A stretch of DNA of 64,000 nucleotides from an uncultured Gammaproteobacteria bacterium (GTDB taxonomy: Bacteria > Patescibacteriota > Microgenomatia > Daviesbacterales > UBA10151): positions 321,520-385,519 of the forward strand of contig CAZCNP010000001.1 of NCBI GenBank assembly GCA_964500725.1, written 5' to 3'. This document shows, one piece after another, positions 10,364 to 19,400 of the stretch. Both the position numbers and the translations under genes were made by a program. Position 1 is the stretch's first letter. Each line of letters begins with the position of its first letter. Below the pieces are notes generated by a model, which was not told where the DNA came from, ran no database searches, and worked only from the letters and a program-made list of their open reading frames with translations.

Positions 10364-12313
10364 GTGAATAGATTATCAACAGTTATAATCTTTATTGAAG
10401 ATAAACGTAAAATCCTCATCTCGCTATTTTTAGTTGTTGGTCTTGTAAGCGCCACCATAGACGGAATTATTCTTGTGCAACGTCCTGTAACCTACCAGTC
10501 AAAAGCCAGCAGCAAATTCCAAAAAAAACTTTCTGTAGTAGAACCTGCCCAACCTTCCTCTGTAGTCAAATTTGCCTCTCCCAAAGGTTTGTATAAACTT
10601 TCTTATGACCCAAAACAATGGACTTTAATACAAGATAAAGAAAGAGTGACTTTTAACCTAAGAAAAGAATATGGCTATGCCAGGTTAGATATTCTTGAGG
10701 GCGAAAGCCAAAAAGATCTGGATAGTTTGAAAGAAGAAATAATCAAACTATCCCCTGCCAAACCTATTAGCGTAGAGGCTACTACATTCAAAGGCAAGAG
10801 CGCATATTTATTAACTTACCAAGAAACAACTCTAGGGACAGAAACGTATTATTATCAACAGATTGTCAAAGATAATAATAAATTTCTCATTTTAGAAAAG
10901 AGGTTCCCTCGTTTAAGCTATCAAACTCCCTATTTGGATAACTTACTGGAGAACATTTCCTTAAACAGTCAAACCCCACCACAAGTTAAAGGCATTTCTG
11001 AAAATAGGACTAAGCTAACAACAGTTGAGCTGGTAGATTTAGTCCGCCCTGCTGTTGTCAATATTGTCCATACCTATTGTGTTGATATTGTTAATCTTTC
11101 ACCGGAGCTTTCCAAACTCACCAAAGACAAATATAACTTTTGCAGTTTATCAAAAGGATCAGGATTTTTAGTAGATGAAAAAGGGGTAGTTGCTACCAAT
11201 GGCCATGTTGCCAAAACCTATCCAGAAGAAGGTTTGGTAACCAATATTCTCTCTGGTGGCAATAAAATTTTAGCTATAGATTTAATCAAAGGTGTATATG
11301 CTTCCTCAGGATTTGCTGCCAGTGAAGGCCAAATTGAGGATTTTTATACAAAAGTTAGTCTAAACCCCCAATACCTTGATCATATTTTGGCAGAAATTTT
11401 TAAGCTGCTTGATAAAAAAGCTGTCTCAGTTGCAATCAGCAATGAAAAATATTATGTCAATGTAGGCAACGAACCGATCAAAATAAACTATCAAACTCAA
11501 ACTGTAATACCTTCTTCTACCACCTATAGCGCCAATATGTTGGATTTTGATTATCCTAATAAGTACATAAAATCCCAGCCTGGTTCTGATGTAGCTTTAC
11601 TGCAGATTAAAAATTCATCTAATAGTCTTTTTCCAGCACTGGCACTGGTCAACACTCAAAATCTAAGAGAAGGTTCAGATGTGATAGTTGCGGGCTACCC
11701 TGTTTTGGTTGAAGGAGGAGAAGGACCAGGAGCTACTATCAGTTTTAAAACCTCCACCAAACCTACTGTAACCCGGGGAATTATCAGCGCTATAAAACAA
11801 GATCCTTCAGGCAGACAAGTATTTCAAACAGATGCTTCTATAGATCATGGCAACAGCGGCGGTCCTGCATTCAACTTACAAGGTGAGACAATAGGTATTG
11901 CCACCTTCTTTTTTGAAAGCAAAAGCGGTAATTTTAACTTTTTGCGAGATATTTCAGACCTTAAAACACTAATGTCTAAAAATAATATAAAAGGCGGAGC
12001 TGGAAAGCTGACTGACACTTGGAAAGCAGGCTTAACCCAGTTTAGGCAATCATATTATAAGCAGGCAATTAAATATTTTGAGGAAGTCAAAACTCTATCT
12101 CCTACCCACCCTACTGTTAAAGAATTTATTAAACTTTCTCAGGATGCTATTGAAAGAGGTGAAAGCTTAGAGGGACTAGTAGGCTTTGTGAAAAACGGGC
12201 AAGGAACAAACATCATTCTAGTAGTATTTGGGGCTATTTCAATAGTAAGCTTTTTATCAGCAGGGTTCTTGGCCATCTTGCCTTTTTTTACCAAATATGA
12301 TAAAGTAGCTTAA
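10364..12313 (+). CDS. Membrane-anchored trypsin-like (S1C/HtrA-like) serine protease without PDZ domain, with TPR-like segment
   Basis: GSGF...TNGHV, SDVALL and DHGNSGGP catalytic triad motifs; TM helices at both termini. Confidence 0.85.
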   Translation: MNRLSTVIIFIEDKRKILISLFLVVGLVSATIDGIILVQRPVTYQSKASSKFQKKLSVVEPAQPSSVVKFASPKGLYKLSYDPKQWTLIQDKERVTFNLRKEYGYARLDILEGESQKDLDSLKEEIIKLSPAKPISVEATTFKGKSAYLLTYQETTLGTETYYYQQIVKDNNKFLILEKRFPRLSYQTPYLDNLLENISLNSQTPPQVKGISENRTKLTTVELVDLVRPAVVNIVHTYCVDIVNLSPELSKLTKDKYNFCSLSKGSGFLVDEKGVVATNGHVAKTYPEEGLVTNILSGGNKILAIDLIKGVYASSGFAASEGQIEDFYTKVSLNPQYLDHILAEIFKLLDKKAVSVAISNEKYYVNVGNEPIKINYQTQTVIPSSTTYSANMLDFDYPNKYIKSQPGSDVALLQIKNSSNSLFPALALVNTQNLREGSDVIVAGYPVLVEGGEGPGATISFKTSTKPTVTRGIISAIKQDPSGRQVFQTDASIDHGNSGGPAFNLQGETIGIATFFFESKSGNFNFLRDISDLKTLMSKNNIKGGAGKLTDTWKAGLTQFRQSYYKQAIKYFEEVKTLSPTHPTVKEFIKLSQDAIERGESLEGLVGFVKNGQGTNIILVVFGAISIVSFLSAGFLAILPFFTKYDKVA

Positions 12314-12319
12314 GCTTAA

Positions 12320-12400
12320 GATAGTGAGCACTAAAGTTAAGTCTCACTGAGGCAATCGGACTGAAAAGTTCAAAACGATGTCCTCGCTTAAGCGAGGATT
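12320..12400 (+). promoter_or_regulatory. Putative structured rplJ leader (L10-leader-like)
   Basis: AGTGAG/CTCACT stem and a perfect 18-bp palindrome TCCTCGCTTAAGCGAGGA (12381-12398) directly before the rplJ start. Confidence 0.45.
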
Positions 12401-12404
12401 TTTA

Positions 12405-12911
12405 ATGGCTAAAACTAGACAACAAAAAGAAGAAACAGTAATACAGCTTCAGGAAAAAATAGCTAAAGCAAAAGCTTTGGTATTTGCAGACTATAAAGGT
12501 TTGAGTATGAAACATCTCTCTGACCTAAGAAATAGCCTTAGAGAGGTAAATAGCGAACTTGCTGTTACTAAAAATACCCTTCTCAAAAAAGCCTTACCAG
12601 AAGCTAATGCAGAAGGCCCAACTGCTACCCTATTTGCTTATGATGATGAAATCTCCCCTATTAAAATTTTAGTTAAAGCTTTAAAAGATGCTGCTATTGG
12701 TAAAGTAAAAGGCGGCTTTTTAGGCAGTTCCCCTTTAGATGAGGCAAAAGTTTTACAACTTGCAACTTTACCTACTAAAGATGAGCTAAGAGGCAAAACT
12801 GTTGGGGTTTTAGTTGCTCCTCTGCAAGGCATTGTTTCAGTTCTGCAAGGAAACTTAAGAAACTTAGTATATGCACTTTCCGAAATCAAAAAAGTGAAGG
12901 GAGGTGTTTAA
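12405..12911 (+). CDS. rplJ: 50S ribosomal protein L10
   Basis: MAKTRQQKEE...DYKGL...VTKNTL...LATLPTKDEL; adjacent to rplL. Confidence 0.95.
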   Translation: MAKTRQQKEETVIQLQEKIAKAKALVFADYKGLSMKHLSDLRNSLREVNSELAVTKNTLLKKALPEANAEGPTATLFAYDDEISPIKILVKALKDAAIGKVKGGFLGSSPLDEAKVLQLATLPTKDELRGKTVGVLVAPLQGIVSVLQGNLRNLVYALSEIKKVKGGV

Positions 12912-12914
12912 AGT

Positions 12915-13421
12915 ATGGCAGACGATCAAACAAAAACAGAAGAAGTAAAAGCCGAAGAAGCAGTAGAGGAAGTTAAAGAAGTTGTACAAGAAGCAAAAGC
13001 TGAGGAAGCTCCTAAAAAAGAATCCAAGGCAGTTTCAGCTAATTTAGAAAAAATCATAGAAACAGTAGAGAAATTAACTGTTTTAGAACTGGCTGATTTA
13101 GTACATGCTTTAGAAGACAGATTTGGTGTTTCAGCCTCAGCCCCAGTAGCTATAGCAGCAGCCGGGAACGGTGGCGCAGTAGCTGCAGGTGAACCAGCTG
13201 AAGAGAAAACTACCTTTAATGTTATCTTAGCAGGAGCAGGAGCAAACAAAATTGCAGTTATTAAAGCTGTAAGAGAACTCGTTCAAACCTTAGGCTTAAA
13301 AGAGGCTAAAGATTTGGTAGAGGCAGCTCCAAAACCAGTTTTAGAAGGTGTTAATAAGGCAACAGCTGAAGAAGCTAAAGCAAAACTCACAGCAGCAGGA
13401 GCAACAGTTGAGCTTCAGTAA
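12915..13421 (+). CDS. rplL: 50S ribosomal protein L7/L12 with acidic N-terminal extension
   Basis: [10 protein letters not shown]...[10 protein letters not shown]...[11 protein letters not shown]...AGATVEL. Confidence 0.95.
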   Translation: MADDQTKTEEVKAEEAVEEVKEVVQEAKAEEAPKKESKAVSANLEKIIETVEKLTVLELADLVHALEDRFGVSASAPVAIAAAGNGGAVAAGEPAEEKTTFNVILAGAGANKIAVIKAVRELVQTLGLKEAKDLVEAAPKPVLEGVNKATAEEAKAKLTAAGATVELQ

Positions 13422-13430
13422 TAATCAATT

Positions 13431-13478
13431 ATCACCTCGGACAAGAAGTTAACGAATACTCTTCCGAGGTGATTTTTT
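13431..13478 (+). terminator. Intrinsic terminator after rplL
   Basis: ATCACCTCGGA ... TCCGAGGTGAT stem followed by a T-run. Confidence 0.7.
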
Positions 13479-13540
13479 GAAGGAAATCGAAACTAAACCC
13501 TTGACACTGTCTGTTTTGTTATGATATATAATGAGTCAGA

Positions 13541-13777
13541 ATGGCTGACAAGATATCACTCGAGAGTCTCCCCGATTTATTAACAGTCAAAGAAGTTGCA
13601 GAAATTTTGCGTGTATCTCCCTTAACTATTAAACGCTGGGGCAAAAGAGGAAAACTCCCAGCAATAAGAATTAACTCCAGAGGAGATAGAAGATATAAAA
13701 AAGAGGCTGTTTTATGGTTATTAGGCATCACCCAAAAAACATCTTCATCTGACTCTTCACAAGTAAGTTCTTATTAA
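13541..13777 (+). CDS. Excisionase/MerR-like (HTH_17) small DNA-binding protein
   Basis: LLTVKEVAEILRVSPLTIKRWGKRGKLPAIRINSRGDRRY. Confidence 0.85.
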   Translation: MADKISLESLPDLLTVKEVAEILRVSPLTIKRWGKRGKLPAIRINSRGDRRYKKEAVLWLLGITQKTSSSDSSQVSSY

Positions 13778-13901
13778 GAATTCCACAAAAAAAATATTAG
13801 AAAAGCAGCAAAGCCACAACTGTGGCAAGCTGCATTATTAGCACTCAGTTCAGATAAATTGCTAATTGGGTTTGAATATGTTGTCAGAGAGCCAAAAAGG
13901 G

Positions 13902-14408
13902 TTACTCTGTAGCAATTTGGGGATGAACCTGATAGTTAGGATTTTGCTCAAAGACAATTTCCCCTTTTTTCTCTACTACATAATAAGCAAGGCCTCTTTT
14001 TTCTATTATTGGCTGAGCAACCTGATATTTTTTATCCAAAACTATATTGGCCAAAACCACCAAAAAATTATTGCCAGTATTAACAAGACACATTCCCCAT
14101 CCTGCAGGCACTGAAAAACTTTTTAAAGGATTTAAAACCATCACTTTAAATTCTTTAGCATCTCCTAGCTGATCATTTCTTTGCAGCAGTAAAATTCCAG
14201 ACCCATATAAGCACTGAAATGTTTGTACTCCAGGGAAATTACTGACAAACCCTTCAGTTTTATTAAACTCTACACCATTTCTACCAGCAGAAACTACAAA
14301 AATTGTTTGGTTTTTATCTTCTATCTGGTAGTAAGGAGTTTTTACTCCCTTTACTTTTGGTTCCATCAGCACTGGCTTTAAATCCTGAGCTGTCTTTTCA
14401 GTAACCAT
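13902..14408 (-). CDS. Cupin-type glucose-6-phosphate isomerase-like protein
   Basis: GVEFNKTEG...QCLYGSGILLLQ...VPAGWG...NTG...IEKRGLAYY pattern; the metal-binding His residues appear substituted. Confidence 0.6.
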   Translation of the reverse strand: MVTEKTAQDLKPVLMEPKVKGVKTPYYQIEDKNQTIFVVSAGRNGVEFNKTEGFVSNFPGVQTFQCLYGSGILLLQRNDQLGDAKEFKVMVLNPLKSFSVPAGWGMCLVNTGNNFLVVLANIVLDKKYQVAQPIIEKRGLAYYVVEKKGEIVFEQNPNYQVHPQIATE

Positions 14409-14428
14409 AGTATTTCTAGCTTAACATA

Positions 14429-15124
14429 TTATCTTTTAGCAAGTAAAAGGAGGTAGTTTATAAGCGCAAATTGCCTCTTTACCCTCCAAGGCTGCATCAC
14501 CAACCTAAACAACCACTCCAATCCTAAACTCCTGACCCATTTAGGGGCTCTTGGGATACTGCCTGAAAGATAATCAAATGCTCCTCCTACTCCCATACTA
14601 ACATGGGCAGGAATTTTAGCCAAATTATCAGCAATCCATTTTTCCTGCTTTATATGCCCAAAAGCAACAAAAAGAATATCCAGAGGAGGAACAGTTAAAT
14701 TAGCAGTTGTCTTCCCCTCTTTATTAACATCTCCACCTGAGTTAATAAAGTTTACTTTTAACCCTGGGTACTTTTTCTTTAAGCGCTCAACTGTCCTCTC
14801 TGCTACCCCTTCTTTACCTCCTAAAAAACCTATTACAAAGCCTTTTTCTGCAGATAGCTTAATTAATTCTTCCATAAAATCAGTCCCAGAAATAGTGTTT
14901 TTTACACTACCAGACAGTCTTAAACCAGCTCCATCAGGAATAGATAAATCTGCATCATTTAATATCTTCTTAAAATGTGAATCTTTTTGCGCTGACACAA
15001 TAAATTCTGGATTAGGAGTAACAATATAATATTTACCAGGAGCTATTATCCACTTCTCCACTTGGGCCAAACCCTCATCCATACTAACATCATCAATTTT
15101 AACTCCTAGAACTTTAACTTTCAT
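14429..15124 (-). CDS. WecB/TagA/CpsF family glycosyltransferase
   Basis: VTPNPE, IPDGAG, KQEKWI, GVGGAFD, RAPKW...GLEWLFRL. Confidence 0.9.
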   Translation of the reverse strand: MKVKVLGVKIDDVSMDEGLAQVEKWIIAPGKYYIVTPNPEFIVSAQKDSHFKKILNDADLSIPDGAGLRLSGSVKNTISGTDFMEELIKLSAEKGFVIGFLGGKEGVAERTVERLKKKYPGLKVNFINSGGDVNKEGKTTANLTVPPLDILFVAFGHIKQEKWIADNLAKIPAHVSMGVGGAFDYLSGSIPRAPKWVRSLGLEWLFRLVMQPWRVKRQFALINYLLLLAKR

Positions 15125-15131
15125 ATACCTT

Positions 15132-16253
15132 CTATACTGCTTTTTCTAAAACAGCAAGTGTTTCTTTGGCGCATTTTTCCCAACTAAATCTTTTAACGTT
15201 TTCAAATCCCTCTTTTATTTTTTCCATTCTCAATTTTCCATCGTCAACTTTCCTCATTCCCTCTACTATATCATTAATTTTATAGGGGTTTACATAGATT
15301 GCCCCTTTCCCAGCTATCTCAGGCATACTGGAAAGATTGGAGGTAATCACAAGACATCCGCAAGCTTGAGCCTCAATAATAGGCAAACCAAACCCTTCAA
15401 AAAGGGATGGAAAAATTAGGGCAGCTGCGCCACTATAAAAAACAGGTAGTTTTTCGTCTGGCACATACCCTAAAAATTTAACTCTATCTTCTACCCCTAA
15501 TTTCTTAGGTAATTGGTAAATGTCATCACTAAGCCAACCTTTAGAACCAATTATAACTAACTTTTTAGAAAAGGTTGGAGATATCAATTTACTAAAGGCA
15601 GAAATTACCCTCTCCAAATTTTTCCTTGGTTGAACAGTTCCCACAAATAAAAAATATCCTCCAGGTTCAAGACCATACTGCCTCAAACTATAAACTAATG
15701 TATCACTCCTAACTGGCTTAAACAAACTTTTATCATACCCTTCATAAACTGTCTGAATTTTAGCTGGGTCAATCCCTTCTCTATCAATTAGATCTATTTT
15801 GGTAGCTTTTGATACAGTTATGATTTTTGTGGCTTTTTGCAGTTGATACCTTTGCATAAACCCCAGATAAAGCCTTTGTTTTAACTGATGCATTGAAGGC
15901 AGGTACTGCGACCCTAAATCATGAACAGTTACCACAGTTTTAAGTCCTGGTTTAATAATTACTGGCAAGGTGTGGGCAGGAACAAACAAGAGATCTAAAT
16001 TGTCCCTAAAAGTCTGCAAAGACAAACCTGCTTGTGTCCATAACCTTTGAAAAGGAATTTCCTTAAACTGGAATTTTTTTGACCAAGAAGAACCTTGCAA
16101 ATCCCCTCTTCGCCTGCTTTGAGGACGTAAATAAATTATATATTTATTTTTTTGATCAATCTTAGATAGGGCTCTTAAAAGCTGGTAAGAATAGTTTTCT
16201 GTGCCAGTCCGCCAGCTGGCGAATGCCCTGGATCCATCAATACCAATCACCAT
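15132..16253 (-). CDS. Glycosyltransferase family 4 (GT-B)
   Basis: TVHDL, VGTVQPRKNL, FPSLFEGFGLPIIEAQACG, FSWEKCA. Confidence 0.9.
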   Translation of the reverse strand: MVIGIDGSRAFASWRTGTENYSYQLLRALSKIDQKNKYIIYLRPQSRRRGDLQGSSWSKKFQFKEIPFQRLWTQAGLSLQTFRDNLDLLFVPAHTLPVIIKPGLKTVVTVHDLGSQYLPSMHQLKQRLYLGFMQRYQLQKATKIITVSKATKIDLIDREGIDPAKIQTVYEGYDKSLFKPVRSDTLVYSLRQYGLEPGGYFLFVGTVQPRKNLERVISAFSKLISPTFSKKLVIIGSKGWLSDDIYQLPKKLGVEDRVKFLGYVPDEKLPVFYSGAAALIFPSLFEGFGLPIIEAQACGCLVITSNLSSMPEIAGKGAIYVNPYKINDIVEGMRKVDDGKLRMEKIKEGFENVKRFSWEKCAKETLAVLEKAV

Positions 16254-16274
16254 AGTTTAAGTATATCTCAAGTC

Positions 16275-16362
16275 TTATTATATATGTTGACGTGTTTTAT
16301 TATATATGATACTGTAAAAATAATACTGCATATATGCATGCATAGGTGGGTGCATATATGCA
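16275..16362 (+). promoter_or_regulatory. Promoter/operator region of the giant gene
   Basis: TTATTATATATG direct repeats (16275, 16297) around TTGACG; two TGCATATATGCA palindromes (16327, 16351). Confidence 0.5.
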
Positions 16363-16416
16363 AAGCCGTAAAAGAGCAATTTAGGAATAAAAACGGCAGC
16401 AGACGGACGGATTTAA

Positions 16417-19400
16417 ATGTTAAAAGTTAATTCGTCCAAAAAATCACTTGTTAAAATTGCCCAAGCCTCCAAGTTATTAGGCGTCCACAAAGATACTTTA
16501 AGAAGATGGGAAAAAGCTGGCAAAATTAAAGTAGTCCGAGACCAAAAAGGAGACAGGCTTTATGATGTTTCTAAACTAATTAACTCAGCTCCTGCTTCTC
16601 AAACCTCCAAGGTGCCTACAACTGAGCAGCTGTTAAAGTCAGCTTCCCAACACGCTCAACAATCCACCTTACAACCTCAGCTACCAGCTTTAGATTACTC
16701 TGCTTTGTTAGATCAAACTATATCAAAGGATAACAAGCAAACAGGCAGAAGGTTTTATTTTATGGCTGCAGGCTTCTTCCTGCTCTTAGTGCTGATAGGC
16801 TTAGGTTATATTAGAGTTTTATCTACTCAATCCAAACCACAAATAATTACTTCTTTGGAAAACAAGATACTGGCAGCTATCACCTCTCAACCTTTAGTTA
16901 AGATAAATGCTGATGTCAAAGTAAGAGGGTCATTATCTGTATCAAACGATATCAATGGGCTGGCGATTGCCACTGATTCAGCAGGCTTTACCTTAACTTC
17001 TGAAAATGGCAAATTAACTGTGGTTGGCGATGCCTTGTTAAACCAAGACTTATCTTCCAGCGGCTCCCCTACTTTTTCTTCTCTAAATTTATCCTCAACC
17101 AGCAATCAGCTAGTCTTTCAATCAGGCGGACCAGCAGGCACCTTAACCTGGACTCCAACTGCTGCAAGAACTATTACCCTGCCAGACACCACTACTACTT
17201 TAGTTGGAAAAGATACCACCGATACTTTTACTAACAAATCCATTTCTGGGTCTTCTAACACTTTTACCAATATCCCCAACTCTGCTCTAACAAATAAAAA
17301 AATAACTGTTACAGCTGGAACTAATTTAACCGGCGGAGGAGATGTAGAACTTGGTTCATCAATTACTTTGAGTTTAAAAGAATCCCCTACTTTCTCCGGT
17401 GTAGTCTTACTTTCTGATGGCACAGCTGCTGCCCCAGGCTTAGCTTTCAGCAATGATACTAATACAGGTTTATATAGAATTGGTACAGATAAAATTGCCC
17501 TGATCACAGGAGGATTAGCTACCTCAGGGATTACCATTGATTCTTCTGGCAATTTAGGAATAGCCAATAATTCTCCAGCATATAAATTAGATGTAACAGG
17601 CACTGCCAATATTACCAGCAATACTACTATTGGTGGAACTCTGGGAGTAACAGGTATCTCTACTTTTTCATCAACTATGGGGGTGTCGTCAGGATTATCT
17701 GTAGGTAGTACCTATTCTTCTCTGTCACCACCAACCAGCGGTGCCATTATAGAAGGAAATGTCGGTATCGGAACCAGCGCCCCTGGTTCTTTTGCGTTAA
17801 ATGTAAGCGGCAATACTTACCTTAACGGGAGGCTAGAAACTTCAGGTAATGTTGGTATAGCTAATTCTGCTCCATCTTTTACTTTGGATGTAGTAGGTAC
17901 TGGCAGATTTTCTTCTTTACTTAATGTCTTAGGTAATATAGGTATTGGTACCTCTGGTGCAGCAGGATCAGCCCTGCAGGTTAATGGTGGAGGATTATTT
18001 GGCTGGGGAACAACTTCTACTGCTTTATCTTCTGGAGCTATCTTAGGAGTTAATGGAAATGTAGGAGTTGGGACTACTTCCCCTCTGGCTAACCTGCATG
18101 TTGTTGGACAATGTGTTGTTGGGGAAACAAAACTTAAAAGAAGAAGGAGAAAGAAGGGCAAAAATGGTGAGTGGTCAGATGAATATGAAGATGTAGAGAT
18201 TAAGGATATCAAGGAAGGGGATGAGATACTAACACTTGATGAAAGTACCGGCAGATTTGTACCTGCTAAAGTTAACGCCCTCAAAGATATGGGGATCAAA
18301 GAAATCTTTGAGTTGACCACTGCTACCGGAAAAACCATCAGGACCACCGGCAACCATCCCTACCTGGCACTTGGCGTAGAACACCTAGCCCTCACTAGTC
18401 ATGATTCGGCATCAGGTGTTACCGGTGCTTCCTTGCTCAACTCTACCATTTTATCTCTCACAAGAGGGAACAAAGACCACCGGATCGCCGTCTTTATCGA
18501 TGCGGCAAACCTTGAAAAATCCGTTGAGAAAATAGGCTTCAAAGTCCACTATAAAAACCTTAAACGCCTAATTGCTTCTTTAGGTTCTCTTGACTATATT
18601 GGTTATTTTACAGTAGCTACTTCTTCAGAACAGAATGTGACTCTTCGCCAGTCTCTGCTGCGCTTTGGTTATAACGTGGTTACCAAACCTCTAAAACTTA
18701 TTAAAACCGCCAAAGGCCTGAAACCCAAGGCTGATGTTGATGTAGAGATTACCACCGAAGTAATGGAACGCAAAGATGACTTTGATCTGATGATTCTCTT
18801 TTCAGGAGACAGCGATTTTTACTATCCAATTAAGCTCTTACAAGAAAAGTATGGAAAGAAAGTAATAGTTATCTCTACCAGATACAGTGTCTCCAGGGAA
18901 CTACTCAAAGTTGCTGACCGTTACATTGATATTGCCAAGCTTAAAGGGGAAATTGCCAGAGGGCAAAAAGAAAGCCCGTCTTTTGCAACGGGCGACTCAT
19001 CTTTCGACGAGAGCAATCTTACGACTGCACTTCAAACTATATCAGATATCCTGCCTTTTGTCAAGAATTTGGGCAAATGGACTAAGGTGTCAGGGCTAAA
19101 GACCGGCCAGATGATAGCTGCAGTAGGGAAAGACAACCAACCTCAGTTTGAAAAAATTGCCTCTATTAAGAAGGTTAAACGCGAGCAGGTCTTTGATATA
19201 GAAGTAGAAGGCACCCATAACTTTGTAGGCAATGATATAGTAGCTCATAATACTTTTATTACAGGTAATGTTGGGATTGGGGCTGCTTTTACCACCTCAG
19301 GTATAGTTACCCCCACTAATGGTTTAGCTGTCCAGGGTAATGTAGGTATAGGAACTTCTACCACCAATGCTGCCTTAACAGTAATAGGTGGGATAACAAC

